Shown in pieces: positions 46,336 through 55,478 of a stretch of 64,000 nucleotides of DNA (the first letter of the stretch is position 1; every line of letters begins with the position of its first letter). The translations under genes and the position numbers were made by a program. The stretch comes from Caulobacteraceae bacterium (GTDB lineage Bacteria; Pseudomonadota; Alphaproteobacteria; Caulobacterales; Caulobacteraceae): positions 554 through 64,553 of the forward strand of contig DATAVF010000130.1 of assembly GCA_036267835.1 (NCBI GenBank). Reading direction: 5' to 3'. The notes under the pieces were generated by a model, which was given only the letters and a program-made list of their open reading frames with translations, searched no databases and had not been told where the DNA came from.

Positions 46336-46632
46336 ATGCCGAGAGGCGACAAGAGCAGCTACACCGCCAAGCAGAAGCGCAAGGCCGAGCATATCGAGGA
46401 GGGCTACGAGCACCGCGGCGTCAGCCACGGCGAGGCGGAGCGGCGGGCCTGGGCGACCGTCAACAAGGAGGCGGGCGGCGGCAAGAAATCCGGCTCCGGC
46501 CGCGGCAAGCCTGAGAACCATGCCTCGTCCCGCAAGGGCGGCCACAAGAGCGCGACGAGCCAGTCGCATGCCACGCGCTCGGCGGCGGCGAAGAAGGGCT
46601 GGGAGACGCGCCGCCATGAATCGCACGCTTAG
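46336..46632 (+). CDS. Small basic Lys/Gly/Ser-rich protein of unknown function
   Basis: ATG at 46336 after GAGGAG. MPRGDKSSYTAKQKRKAEHIEEGYEHRGVSHGEAERRAWATVNKEAGGGKKSG... Resembles small stress-associated proteins seen in alphaproteobacteria (from memory, unverified). Confidence 0.55.
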   Translation: MPRGDKSSYTAKQKRKAEHIEEGYEHRGVSHGEAERRAWATVNKEAGGGKKSGSGRGKPENHASSRKGGHKSATSQSHATRSAAAKKGWETRRHESHA

Positions 46633-46638
46633 CGCGCC

Positions 46639-47079
46639 ATGAAGGCGACCGAAGTCGCCGCCGTCGGCGGCCAGCGGACTTTCGTGCTTGTGCTCGATCC
46701 CAGCGAGGAGGCCTTCGCGACTATCACCCGCTTCGCGGTCGAGCGCGAACTGGAGGCGGCCTCGCTCTCGGCGATCGGCGCGTTCGAGCGGGCGACCGTC
46801 GGCTGGTTCGACCTCGAGGCGAAGACTTACCGGCCGATCGAGGTGAATGAGCAATGCGAGGCGCTGTGCCTGCTAGGGGACGTCGCCGTCGGCGACGACG
46901 GCAAGCCCAGCCTGCACATCCACTGCGTCGTCGGCCTGCGGGATGGGTCGACGCGCGGCGGTCACCTGCTGAAGGCGACGGTGCGCCCGACGCTGGAGGT
47001 CACGCTGGTCGAGACACCTGCCCATCTGCGCCGGCGCAAGCGGCCGGAACTCGGCGTCGCCCTCATCGACCTGGACTGA
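46639..47079 (+). CDS. PPC (DUF296) domain protein
   Basis: 146 aa. FVLVLDPSEEAFATITRFA...LSAIGAF...CEALCLLGDVA...PSLHIHCVVGLRDGSTRGGHL pattern of PPC/DUF296 proteins. Confidence 0.7.
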   Translation: MKATEVAAVGGQRTFVLVLDPSEEAFATITRFAVERELEAASLSAIGAFERATVGWFDLEAKTYRPIEVNEQCEALCLLGDVAVGDDGKPSLHIHCVVGLRDGSTRGGHLLKATVRPTLEVTLVETPAHLRRRKRPELGVALIDLD

Positions 47080-48079
47080 TCTGCTCCAGCCCGCACTGCC
47101 CGGGCGCCTTGTCCGGCCGCAGGCGCAGCAGTCGCGTGCCATGCCGCAAGCGCCCGCCCGAGACGTGATCGTATGAAACCTCGACTACGAGTTCGGGCCG
47201 GACCGGGACCCAGGCCGCGGAACGTTCGGTGCTCCAGCGGCTGGGGCCGCCCGGCGCGTCGCCGGTGAAGCCCGGGCCGCCGCGCAGCTGTTCCAGATGC
47301 TCCGTAAGCGCGGTGCGATCGACCCCGGCGAAGCCCGAGGTAAATCCGACATGGTCGAGGCGTCCCGCCTCGTCGTAGAGGCCCAGCAGCAAGGACCCCA
47401 CAAGGTTCGGCGGCCTGGTGGCGTACCGGTAGCCGCCGACCACGCAGTCGGCGGTGCGCGTGCGCTTGACCTTCAGCATGGCCCGCTCGCCTTCCGCGTA
47501 GGGACCATCGAGCCGATTGGCGACCACGCCTTCCAGCAGGCCGCCGTCCAGCCAGCCCTGGGCGATGGAGCGCGCGCCAGTACCCGGCGTCTCGATCAGC
47601 CTCGCCGATCCGTGGCGCTTCAGGAAATCGGCCAAGGCGGCGTGGCGATCGCTCAGCGGATGGGGGCGCAGGTCGCCTCCGCCGGGCGCGACGAGCAGGT
47701 CGAAGGCCGCCAGCGTCGCGGGCGTCTCGGCAGCAAGCCGGCGGATGCGGCTTTCGGCCGGGTGCAGACGCATCTGCAGCGCATCGAACGAGAACGCGCC
47801 GTCCCGGGCGATCAGCAACTCGCCGTCGAGCACGAACCGGTCGGCGTGGATCGCCCGGATCATCTGCGCGACCTCCGGGAAGAAGCGCGTGAGCGGCTTG
47901 CCCGACTTCGCTTGCAGGATCACCTCGTCCCCGTCTCGGAACGCCAGGCACCGGAAGCCGTCCCACTTGGGCTCGAACCACCACCCCGGCCCCTCCGGCA
48001 GATGCCGGGCGGCCTCGGCCTCCATGGGCTCCGCGGAGCGAAGCACCACCGCAGGCTTGGCATCGCGAGTGTGCGCCAT
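47063..48079 (-). CDS. ATP-dependent DNA ligase, stand-alone ligase domain (LigC/LigD-ligase-like)
   Basis: 338 aa. Adenylation motif I EPKWDGFR. Further ligase/OB-fold pattern. No polymerase or phosphoesterase domain attached. Confidence 0.85.
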   Translation of the reverse strand: MAHTRDAKPAVVLRSAEPMEAEAARHLPEGPGWWFEPKWDGFRCLAFRDGDEVILQAKSGKPLTRFFPEVAQMIRAIHADRFVLDGELLIARDGAFSFDALQMRLHPAESRIRRLAAETPATLAAFDLLVAPGGGDLRPHPLSDRHAALADFLKRHGSARLIETPGTGARSIAQGWLDGGLLEGVVANRLDGPYAEGERAMLKVKRTRTADCVVGGYRYATRPPNLVGSLLLGLYDEAGRLDHVGFTSGFAGVDRTALTEHLEQLRGGPGFTGDAPGGPSRWSTERSAAWVPVRPELVVEVSYDHVSGGRLRHGTRLLRLRPDKAPGQCGLEQISPGR

Positions 48080-48271
48080 CGGCTATTTCCGCCGAGGCGG
48101 CGCCAGATCGCGGCCCGCCTGCAACAGCTTGCCGGCGCGAGGACTCGGCATAGGCTTGCGGGGTGGTGGAACGGTCATCGGACCTCCTGGCGCGGCTTAT
48201 GAAAAACTCAAAGCGTCGTTCGGCGCGCGGGTTCCGCTACGGCCCGTCAGTCTCCAGCGGCCGACGCGCCG

Positions 48272-48517
48272 CTAAGGTCCCTCCGTGCCCGGACGTTCAA
48301 TGCTGTAGTGGATTGGCTTGAAGGCGTAGTTGTTCGACTGCAGCGCCGAACACGCCGTCAGTCCAATGATCAAATCCTGCTCGGCCTCGAAGACTACGTA
48401 ATCGCCGGTTGATCGGATAAGCCGCGTCGGCGCTGAGAGCGGACGCCCTTTCCGCCAGAACATGCCAACCGCCGGCTGGTTCCGGCCGCGTTTGGGCTCG
48501 TTCGGCGGCGCGCTCAC
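48272..48517 (-). CDS. Hypothetical 81 aa ORF (GTG start)
   Basis: Locally lower GC. ...GDYVVFEAEQDLIIGLTACSALQSNNYAFKPIHYSIERP. No motif recognised. May be a gene remnant. Confidence 0.25.
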   Translation of the reverse strand: MSAPPNEPKRGRNQPAVGMFWRKGRPLSAPTRLIRSTGDYVVFEAEQDLIIGLTACSALQSNNYAFKPIHYSIERPGTEGP

Positions 48518-48522
48518 CGAGG

Positions 48523-48804
48523 CTAGGGCTCGCCGACCAAGCCCCGCACAGCCAGGGCGTTGGCCGCCGCCGCGCCGGACGCCAGCGCTTCCAGATCAGG
48601 CGCCGCGTAGTCCGAATAGTAGACGCGCGGCGCTCCGTGCAGCCGCCACCGCAAGCCGAGCCAGCCGCCCGGAACACCCGCGCCCGCCGCCCTGACCGGA
48701 TCGGCCGCTGCTCGCGAAATGCGGCGCCCGGTCAGCAGCGCGTCGGCCTCGGGCGTGAACCAGCTCGCATGGCGCGGTTCGCAGACGAGCGGCGTCTCGG
48801 TCAA
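48523..48804 (-). pseudogene. Probable DUF72-family gene remnant
   Basis: CEPRHASWF, WRLHGAPRVYYSDY and ...ASGAAAANALAVRGL resemble conserved DUF72 blocks. Only 93 codons remain, the N-terminal half is absent, and the region that normally precedes the C-terminal block appears deleted (from memory of the family). Confidence 0.4.
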
Positions 48805-48843
48805 AAGCGCTCAAGGCGTCATCCGGCGGGGGCTATCGAGAGG

Positions 48844-49695
48844 TCAGCCCGCTTTGCGGGCCTTGGTCCTGTGGGCCGTAGGCTTCGCCTTGGCCTTCGC
48901 GGCGGGCTTGGCGGCGGCCCTGTCCTTGCCGCCGAGGCTCGCGCGCAGCGCCGCCATCAGGTCGACCACGTTGGTGTCCTCCGGCTCGGCTACCCTGGCC
49001 GGCTTGTGGCCCTTCTTCTTATCCTCGATCAGCGCCTTCAGCGCCTTTTCGTAGCGATCGACGAATTTGCTGGGATCGAACGGGCCTTCCTGTTGCTCGA
49101 TGATCTTCTCGGCGATGGAGATCATCGCCGCGTCGGGCTTGGCGCCGCTGATCGAGCCGAAGATCTCGTCCGGCTTGCGCACCTCCGCGTCGCTGCGCAG
49201 CGTGTAGGCGAGGATGCCCTTGTCGCGCGGCTCCAGCGCCAGGATGCGCTCGCGGGTGCCGATCACCACGCGGCCGAGCGCGATCTGGCCGGATTTCTCC
49301 ATGGCGGTGCGGATGACGCCGAACGCCTCCTGCGCCAGCTTGCCGTCGGGAGCCATGAAGTAGGGGTTGTCCCAGTAGAGGCGGTCGATGTCGTCCTCGG
49401 CGACGAAGCGTTCGATATCGATGGTCTTGGTGCTCTCCAGCTTGACCGAATTGATCTCGTCCTGGGTCAAGAGGATGTATTCGCCCTTGGAGACCTCGTA
49501 GCCCTTCACCAGGTCGCCCCGATCGATCGGCCCGGTGTCCGGATCGGTGGTGATCATCTTGATGCGGTTGTTGGTCTTGGGATTGATCAGGTTGAAGTGC
49601 ACGTCGCCGCCCGAGTTGGTGGCCGCGTAGAGCGCGACAGGGCAGGTCACCAGCGACAGCTTCAAATGCCCTTGCCAGGTCGGACGATAGGCCAT
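48844..49695 (-). CDS. ku: Ku protein (non-homologous end joining)
   Basis: ATG at 49695 within ORF 48844..50208. MAYRPTWQGHLKLSLVTCPVALYAA... Lys/Ala-rich basic C-terminal tail. 283 aa. Confidence 0.9.
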   Translation of the reverse strand: MAYRPTWQGHLKLSLVTCPVALYAATNSGGDVHFNLINPKTNNRIKMITTDPDTGPIDRGDLVKGYEVSKGEYILLTQDEINSVKLESTKTIDIERFVAEDDIDRLYWDNPYFMAPDGKLAQEAFGVIRTAMEKSGQIALGRVVIGTRERILALEPRDKGILAYTLRSDAEVRKPDEIFGSISGAKPDAAMISIAEKIIEQQEGPFDPSKFVDRYEKALKALIEDKKKGHKPARVAEPEDTNVVDLMAALRASLGGKDRAAAKPAAKAKAKPTAHRTKARKAG

Positions 49696-49762
49696 CGAGG
49701 ATCTCCGGGGGGCGCCGTTTCGGCGTTGGGATTTGAACGGCCGTGGCGCTGATTCGTTCGCG

Positions 49763-50017
49763 TCAGGCGCAGGGCGCGGTGTCGCCGGTTTCCAGATCGA
49801 TGCGGAAGCAGTGTTCGTGGCCGGTCTCGATCTCCAGCACGACCACGCTGATCGGCGCGCTGTCACCGGGCAGCTCGTGCAGGTCCTCGACGTAGGCGAC
49901 CGCGGCGGCCTCGAAGGACGCCTCGTCCAGCGTGCGGGCGTGGTGACGGTCCACATGGCGGGCGTGGACGCGGAAGCTTCGCGTTGTGGCGGTGGCGGGC
50001 ATGAGTCGGATCTCCAT
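49763..50017 (-). CDS. Small hypothetical protein upstream of ku
   Basis: C-terminal 79-84 codons of ORF 49763..50863 (M)PATATTRSFRVHARHVDRHHARTLDEASFEAAAVAYVEDLH...VVVLEIETGHEHCFRIDLETGD. Good third-position GC. Alternative start at 50002 with GGAG upstream. Confidence 0.5.
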   Translation of the reverse strand: MEIRLMPATATTRSFRVHARHVDRHHARTLDEASFEAAAVAYVEDLHELPGDSAPISVVVLEIETGHEHCFRIDLETGDTAPCA

Positions 50018-50119
50018 CGGCACAACGCCTGACCGGCGAAATGGATTCGCCGAGTCGCGCGGATCATCCAGCCTGGCCGCTCGTTGACTTCCGGCCGCTG
50101 GGCGAGGACGCCTGAGGCC

Positions 50120-50992
50120 ATGCGCGTCGCCACGTTCAACATCAACAACGTCAACAAGCGGCTGGCCAACCTGCTGGCATGGCTGGCCGATGAGCAGCCC
50201 GACGTCATCTGCCTGCAGGAGTTGAAGGCGGAGGAGGGGGCCTTCCCGATCGCCGCGATCGAGGCGGCCGGCTATGGCGCGGTCTGGCGCGGCCAGCGCA
50301 CCTGGAACGGCGTGGCGATCCTCGCCCGCGGCGTCACGCCGGTGCTCACCCGCCGCGAACTGCCGGGCGATCCGGCGGACGACCAGGCCCGCTACATCGA
50401 GGCCGCCGTCAGCGGCGTGCTGATCGCCTCGATCTACCTGCCCAACGGCAATCCGCAGCCGGGGCCTAAGTTCGCCTACAAGCTGGCCTGGTTCGATCGG
50501 CTCATCGCCCACGCCGCCACCCTGGTCGCCGCCGACGTGCCGGTCGTGCTGGCCGGCGACTACAACGTCGTGCCGACCGAAGCCGACATCTGGCCGGGCC
50601 ATCACGAGCAGGACAACGCCCTGCTGCAGCCCCAGACCCGGACGGCCTTCCAGCGGCTGCTCGACCAGGGCTGGACGGACGCGCTGCGCGCCCGCCAGCC
50701 CGACGGGCCGCTCTGGACGTTCTGGGGCTACCTGCGCCACCGCTGGCCCAACGACAAGGGCATGCGGCTGGATCACCTTCTGCTCAGTCCAAAGCTTGCG
50801 GGGGCGTTGACCTCGGCCGGGGTCAGCAAGGCTGTCCGTGGCCTCGACGGCGCGAGCGATCACGCACCCGCCTGGATCGAGCTGCGGCCGCCGAATGGTC
50901 GCGCCGAGCCTGCGCGGTCAGCCACCACAGGGGCCCGGCGGTCGCGCGTCAGACCGAGAGCAGCGACTGCAGGCAGAGGCACAGCCGGGTGA
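50120..50992 (+). CDS. xthA: Exodeoxyribonuclease III
   Basis: ATG at 50120. MRVATFNINNVNKRLANLLAWLADEQPDVICLQELK...GDYNVVP...SDHAPAW EEP/ExoIII motifs. Confidence 0.85.
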   Translation: MRVATFNINNVNKRLANLLAWLADEQPDVICLQELKAEEGAFPIAAIEAAGYGAVWRGQRTWNGVAILARGVTPVLTRRELPGDPADDQARYIEAAVSGVLIASIYLPNGNPQPGPKFAYKLAWFDRLIAHAATLVAADVPVVLAGDYNVVPTEADIWPGHHEQDNALLQPQTRTAFQRLLDQGWTDALRARQPDGPLWTFWGYLRHRWPNDKGMRLDHLLLSPKLAGALTSAGVSKAVRGLDGASDHAPAWIELRPPNGRAEPARSATTGARRSRVRPRAATAGRGTAG

Positions 50993-51314
50993 CATCGACC
51001 GGCTTCTGCATCAGCGGTCGCCGGCTGAACGCCTCGGGCAGTTCGACATTGGAGTAGCCACTCAGGAAGATGAAGGGCGTCGCGGCTTCCACCAGCTTCT
51101 CGGCGACCGCGAAGCTCCGCTCGCCGTGAACGTTGATGTCCAGCAGGGCCGCATCGACGTGCGAGGCCGCCAGCAGCGCCAGGGCGGCGCGAACCCGGCC
51201 CACCGGGCCCAGCACGTCATAGCCCGCAGCGCTCATCGCCTGCTCGATCTGGTCGGCGATCAGCCACTCGTCCTCGACAATCAGGACCAGGGGGCGCCGG
51301 GCCGTTTCCATCAC
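50949..51314 (-). CDS. Single-domain response regulator (receiver)
   Basis: 121 aa. LVLIVEDEWLIA...AALLDINV...FIFLSGY. 4-nt overlap with the upstream kinase stop. Confidence 0.85.
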   Translation of the reverse strand: MMETARRPLVLIVEDEWLIADQIEQAMSAAGYDVLGPVGRVRAALALLAASHVDAALLDINVHGERSFAVAEKLVEAATPFIFLSGYSNVELPEAFSRRPLMQKPVDVTRLCLCLQSLLSV

Positions 51315-54300
51315 ATGTCGGCAAGGGAGAAGCGGACATGCGCTTCGACGCCGGTCGGCGAAAACCCCACGGTGGCCTTGCCTCCCAGATTGTAGGAGGT
51401 CTCGCGCTCGATCAGCCGCAGGCCGAAGCCGCGCCGCTTAGGCGCCGGAGCGGCCGGGCCGTGCGTCTCGCGCCAGTAGAGATCGACACAATCGTCGGCC
51501 TCGCCGCTCAGCGACCACTCGATGGACACCCGTCCGGCGGGAACGGACAGGGCGCCGTACTTGCCGGCGTTGGTGGCGAGTTCGTGGATCACCATGCCGA
51601 GCGACAGCGCATGGCGTGGCTTGAGGCTGGCCGGCGGCCCGGCGATCGTTACGCGCTCCATGCCGAAGGGTGCGACTTCCGTGCGCACCGCGTCTTCGAG
51701 GGAGCTTTCGGTCCAGTTCTCGCGCGACAGCAACTCATACGAACGAGCCATGGCCTGCAGGCGGCCCACGAAGGACTCGAGAAAGGCGTCGGGGGTCGCG
51801 GCAAGGCGGTGGGTCTGCTCGGCAACGCCGATGACCACCATCAGCATGTTCTTCACGCGGTGGTTAAGCTCGGCGATCAGCGTCTGCTGATGCGCCTGAG
51901 CTTCGGTCAGGCGCGTCACGTCGATGAAGGTGACGACCACGCCATCGGCCGCTCCCTCGAGCGTCCGGTAAGGCGCAACCCGAAGCGTGTAGTGGCGGCC
52001 CGTTTCCGCATGCGAGGCGTCGCGTTCAATCGCATCGCCGTGCGCGAACACGGCCCTTATGTCCTCGACCAGGTCTGGCAGGGGCAGCCGGCTGTTGAGG
52101 TCCGTGAGGGGCCTGCCGCGGTCGCCCGGCAGGATGTTGAACAGCTCCTTGACCGAGGGGGTGAAGCTGCGGATCACCATGCCGCGGTCGAGGAATACCG
52201 TCGGGATCTGGGTGCTCTCGAACAGGTTCTGCAGATCGCCATTGACCCGGTCGAGCGCGTCGATCTTCACCAGCAGTTCGGCATTGACGGTATTCAGTTC
52301 CTCGTTGAGGGACTGCTGCTCCTCCTTGGAGGCCTCGAGCTCTTCATTGCTCGACTGCAGCTCCTCGTTGACCGAGAGCAGTTCCTCGTTCGACGAGCGC
52401 AGCTCCTCCAGCGCGGTTTCGTATTCTTCGATCAGAGACTGCAGCCGCTCCTTGGTGTCGCGCAGTTCGCGCTCCAACAGCACGGCCGCGCCGCTCTCCA
52501 GAGCTGGCAGATCTCTGGCCTCCGCGGCGCTGAGCGACGCGCCGTCATCGGCGAAGATCACCACGTAGAGGGGCGCTGAGTCGCGGCGTTCCAGCAGCGG
52601 CTCGATGGTGATCCGCACGCGTTGCACGCGGCCCTCTTCCGACGTCACCGGCACCGCGTCGCGCGTCACGGTGGTGTCGGTCTCCACGGCTTCGCGAAAA
52701 GCGGAGCGCAGCTCCAGCCGCAGGCCCTTGCGCGCCAGCGACATCAGCTGGCGGGTCGGCGCGCCTGGCGCCAGCTCCAGATATCGGTTGGTGCGAGCGG
52801 AGAAGTGCACGATGTCGCCGTCGCGGTTGACCAGCACGTGGGCCGGCGCGAACCGTTCGAGCACCTGGAATTCCAGCGCCTGGCGCAGCGCGATCCCGGG
52901 CGCGGACTCCAGCGGATTGCGCCGGCCGCGTGCGGGTCCGGCGAGGCCCGGGTGCCGCCGGATCGAGAGCGGCAGCTGCGGCGAGATGCTGACGTCGTCG
53001 CGGCTGCGAAAGACACGGTGTTTCTTGTCGACCGCTTCGAACAGGTCGGCGAACTTGCCGACGCTCTCGGACAGACCCAGGAACAGGTACCCGCCCTCGC
53101 GCAGCGCGTAGCGAAAGGTTGGCAGCACCTGGTTCTGGATGTCCGCGCCGAAGTAGATCAGCAGGTTGCGGCAGGAGATCATGTCGAGCCGCGAGAACGG
53201 CGGATCGCGGATCACGCTGTGGGGCGAGAACACGCAAAGATCGCGGATTTCCTTGGTCAGGACATAGCTGCCGCCGTCGAGCACGAAGAAGCGGTTGCGG
53301 CGCTCGGGCGAAACAGTGTCGAGCAGGGCTTCCGGATATCGGCCGGCGCGCGCGACGCCCAGCGCCGCCTCGTCGATGTCGGTCGCGAACACCTGGACGC
53401 GCGGCACGGCCGTCAGCTGGTCCATCCGCTCGCGCAGCAGGATGGCGATCGAATACACCTCTTCGCCGGTGGCGCAGCCGGGCACCCAGATGCGGACCGA
53501 ATCGTCCGCGCCGCGCCCCTCGAACAGCTTCGGAACGACAAGATCGCGCAGGGTGTCGAAGGCGTCGCCATCGCGGAAGAAGTTGGTGACGTTGATCAGC
53601 AGGTCTCGGAACAGGGTTCCGACTTCCTTGGGATCGCCCTTCAGGCGCTCGATGTACTTCGCCTGATCGCTGACCTGGAGCACCTGCATCCGCCGCTGCA
53701 CGCGGCGAAAGAAGGTGTTGGATTTGTAGCCGCCGAAATCGTGCCCGATCTGGTTGCGGATGATAGCGGAGATCTCCGCCTGCGCGCTGGCGCCGCCGTT
53801 CGCGGGGTCCGGTTCGCCGGAGCCTTCTGCGAGGTCGCGGGCGAACTCGGCCAGCCGCGCGCCCATCTCGTGCGCGGGGATGGCGAAATCGACGTAGCCG
53901 GTGGAAATCGCGCTGTCCGGCATCGAGGAGTGCCTGGGGCCGTGGCCATCGGCGACCTGGGCGAGGGTCAGGCCGCCGCGTTCCTTGATCGCCTTGGTGC
54001 CCAGGGTGCCGTCGCCATCCCCGCCCGAGAGCACCACCGAGGCGGCGTATTCCCCCTGGTCGATGGCCAGCGAACTGAACAGGATGTCGATGGGCTTGCG
54101 CTCGCGCCGGCCATTGCTCGACTTGCGCAGCTGCAGACGCCCGCCCACCAGGCTGATGATGGCATCGGCCGGCAGCACGTAGACGCAGTTCGGACGCACC
54201 GCGACGTCATCCTCGGCCACCACCACCGACAGGTCGGTGTGGCGGGCGATGATCTCATGCAGCAGGCTCTCGCGGTCCGGGCTGAGGTGGGTGACCACGA

Positions 54301-54415
54301 TGAAGCCGAGCCCGGGCTGCGGGGGCAGGCCCTGAAAAAAGCCCTCGAGCGCCTCCACGCCGCCGGCCGAAGCGCCAATTCCAACGATTGGGAACTTTGA
54401 CCGGCGGTTGGCCAC
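51311..54415 (-). CDS. CheB methylesterase - CheR methyltransferase - coiled coil - PAS - HWE/HisKA_2 histidine kinase fusion protein
   Basis: 1034 aa. PIVGIGASAGGVEALEGFF (CheB-type). RIWVPGCATGEEVYSIAILL (CheR SAM-binding). Long Glu/Leu coiled coil. LIAELNHRVKNMLMVVIGVAEQT H-box of HWE kinases. Confidence 0.9.
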   Translation of the reverse strand: MANRRSKFPIVGIGASAGGVEALEGFFQGLPPQPGLGFIVVTHLSPDRESLLHEIIARHTDLSVVVAEDDVAVRPNCVYVLPADAIISLVGGRLQLRKSSNGRRERKPIDILFSSLAIDQGEYAASVVLSGGDGDGTLGTKAIKERGGLTLAQVADGHGPRHSSMPDSAISTGYVDFAIPAHEMGARLAEFARDLAEGSGEPDPANGGASAQAEISAIIRNQIGHDFGGYKSNTFFRRVQRRMQVLQVSDQAKYIERLKGDPKEVGTLFRDLLINVTNFFRDGDAFDTLRDLVVPKLFEGRGADDSVRIWVPGCATGEEVYSIAILLRERMDQLTAVPRVQVFATDIDEAALGVARAGRYPEALLDTVSPERRNRFFVLDGGSYVLTKEIRDLCVFSPHSVIRDPPFSRLDMISCRNLLIYFGADIQNQVLPTFRYALREGGYLFLGLSESVGKFADLFEAVDKKHRVFRSRDDVSISPQLPLSIRRHPGLAGPARGRRNPLESAPGIALRQALEFQVLERFAPAHVLVNRDGDIVHFSARTNRYLELAPGAPTRQLMSLARKGLRLELRSAFREAVETDTTVTRDAVPVTSEEGRVQRVRITIEPLLERRDSAPLYVVIFADDGASLSAAEARDLPALESGAAVLLERELRDTKERLQSLIEEYETALEELRSSNEELLSVNEELQSSNEELEASKEEQQSLNEELNTVNAELLVKIDALDRVNGDLQNLFESTQIPTVFLDRGMVIRSFTPSVKELFNILPGDRGRPLTDLNSRLPLPDLVEDIRAVFAHGDAIERDASHAETGRHYTLRVAPYRTLEGAADGVVVTFIDVTRLTEAQAHQQTLIAELNHRVKNMLMVVIGVAEQTHRLAATPDAFLESFVGRLQAMARSYELLSRENWTESSLEDAVRTEVAPFGMERVTIAGPPASLKPRHALSLGMVIHELATNAGKYGALSVPAGRVSIEWSLSGEADDCVDLYWRETHGPAAPAPKRRGFGLRLIERETSYNLGGKATVGFSPTGVEAHVRFSLADM

Positions 54416-54488
54416 GGTGATCCTCGACGGTGAAGCCTATGTTGCTAACGCGCCAGCGACACAAACGAAACGGTGGCGACTTCCTCTA

Positions 54489-55280
54489 TCATCTCTCTTG
54501 CGCCCGATCTGTCTGGTATCGAGCTTCGGCCGTCGGGTGCGAGCCCGGCCAAGCCGGGTCGGCCGGCCGCGTTTCACCGAAAAGCTGGGCGTATCGTTCG
54601 CCGACGGCCCGATAGCACTCGCAGGCGCTCGCCTCGAGGCCGGCGCGGTTGAGGATCTCGATGTTGCCGCGGGCATAGCGGATCAGCCCCGCCCGCTGGA
54701 GCGCCGCGGCGATGCCGGAGACGGTGGTTCGCTGGACGCCGAGCATGGAGCCGAGGAACTCCTGGGTCAGCGGCAGGCTGGCGCTCTGAGTGCGGTCGTG
54801 CGTCATCAGCAGCCACCGGCACAGGCGCGCCTCGACGCGGTGCAGCGCATTGCAGGCGACGGACTGCTGGATCTGGGCGGTGTTGGCCTGGGCATGGCGG
54901 ATGACGAGGCTGGTGATGCCGGGGCTGATCGCGGCCGCGGCGCGCAGCCGGAATGCGGGCATCTTGATCGCTCGCCCCGGGATCTGGGCGACGACCCGGT
55001 CGAGGGCGATGGACGAACCCAGCGCATTGAGCAGGCCATAGGCGCTCTCGTGGCCGATGGTGCACGCCTCGACGTCGCCCCCGTCTTCCATGGTGGTCAC
55101 CACGCAGAGCGTGGCCGTGACCGGCAAACAGACGAAGTCGAGTTCGGCGCCCGGCGCGATGAGCACCTGGCCCCGCTCGAGATGGACTTCCACGAGATAC
55201 GCCCGGAACAGGGCCAGCGTCTCGCTCCGCAGGGAGTCGAGGAAGTGGTTGCCAGTCTTCCCACTCTGCAGGCTGCTCAT
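54489..55280 (-). CDS. Crp/Fnr family transcriptional regulator
   Basis: 263 aa. Cyclic-nucleotide-binding-like N-domain. C-terminal HTH LTQEFLGSMLGVQRTTVSGIAAALQRAGLI. Confidence 0.85.
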   Translation of the reverse strand: MSSLQSGKTGNHFLDSLRSETLALFRAYLVEVHLERGQVLIAPGAELDFVCLPVTATLCVVTTMEDGGDVEACTIGHESAYGLLNALGSSIALDRVVAQIPGRAIKMPAFRLRAAAAISPGITSLVIRHAQANTAQIQQSVACNALHRVEARLCRWLLMTHDRTQSASLPLTQEFLGSMLGVQRTTVSGIAAALQRAGLIRYARGNIEILNRAGLEASACECYRAVGERYAQLFGETRPADPAWPGSHPTAEARYQTDRAQER

Positions 55281-55478
55281 TGACCGCCCGATCTGGTTGA
55301 ACTCGCGCGAAGGCGCGCAGCGGCGCCTTGCCGAGGGAGTCTCGCACGGCCGACGCGCAAACTGTAGGGCGCCCGCCCCAGCGTCTGTCGGGTTACCGAC
55401 TTATAGCCGGCATCGAGTCCCTCGACGGGACTGCGGCTTCACGTCGGTTGCGGAATCTCACCGGTCGCGGAGCTATAA

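Noticed and set aside
52622-54400. 592-aa plus-strand ORF, and 51338..52579
   Set aside because: Antisense to the CheB-CheR-PAS-HWE kinase gene. Arg/Gly/Asp-rich shadow frames.
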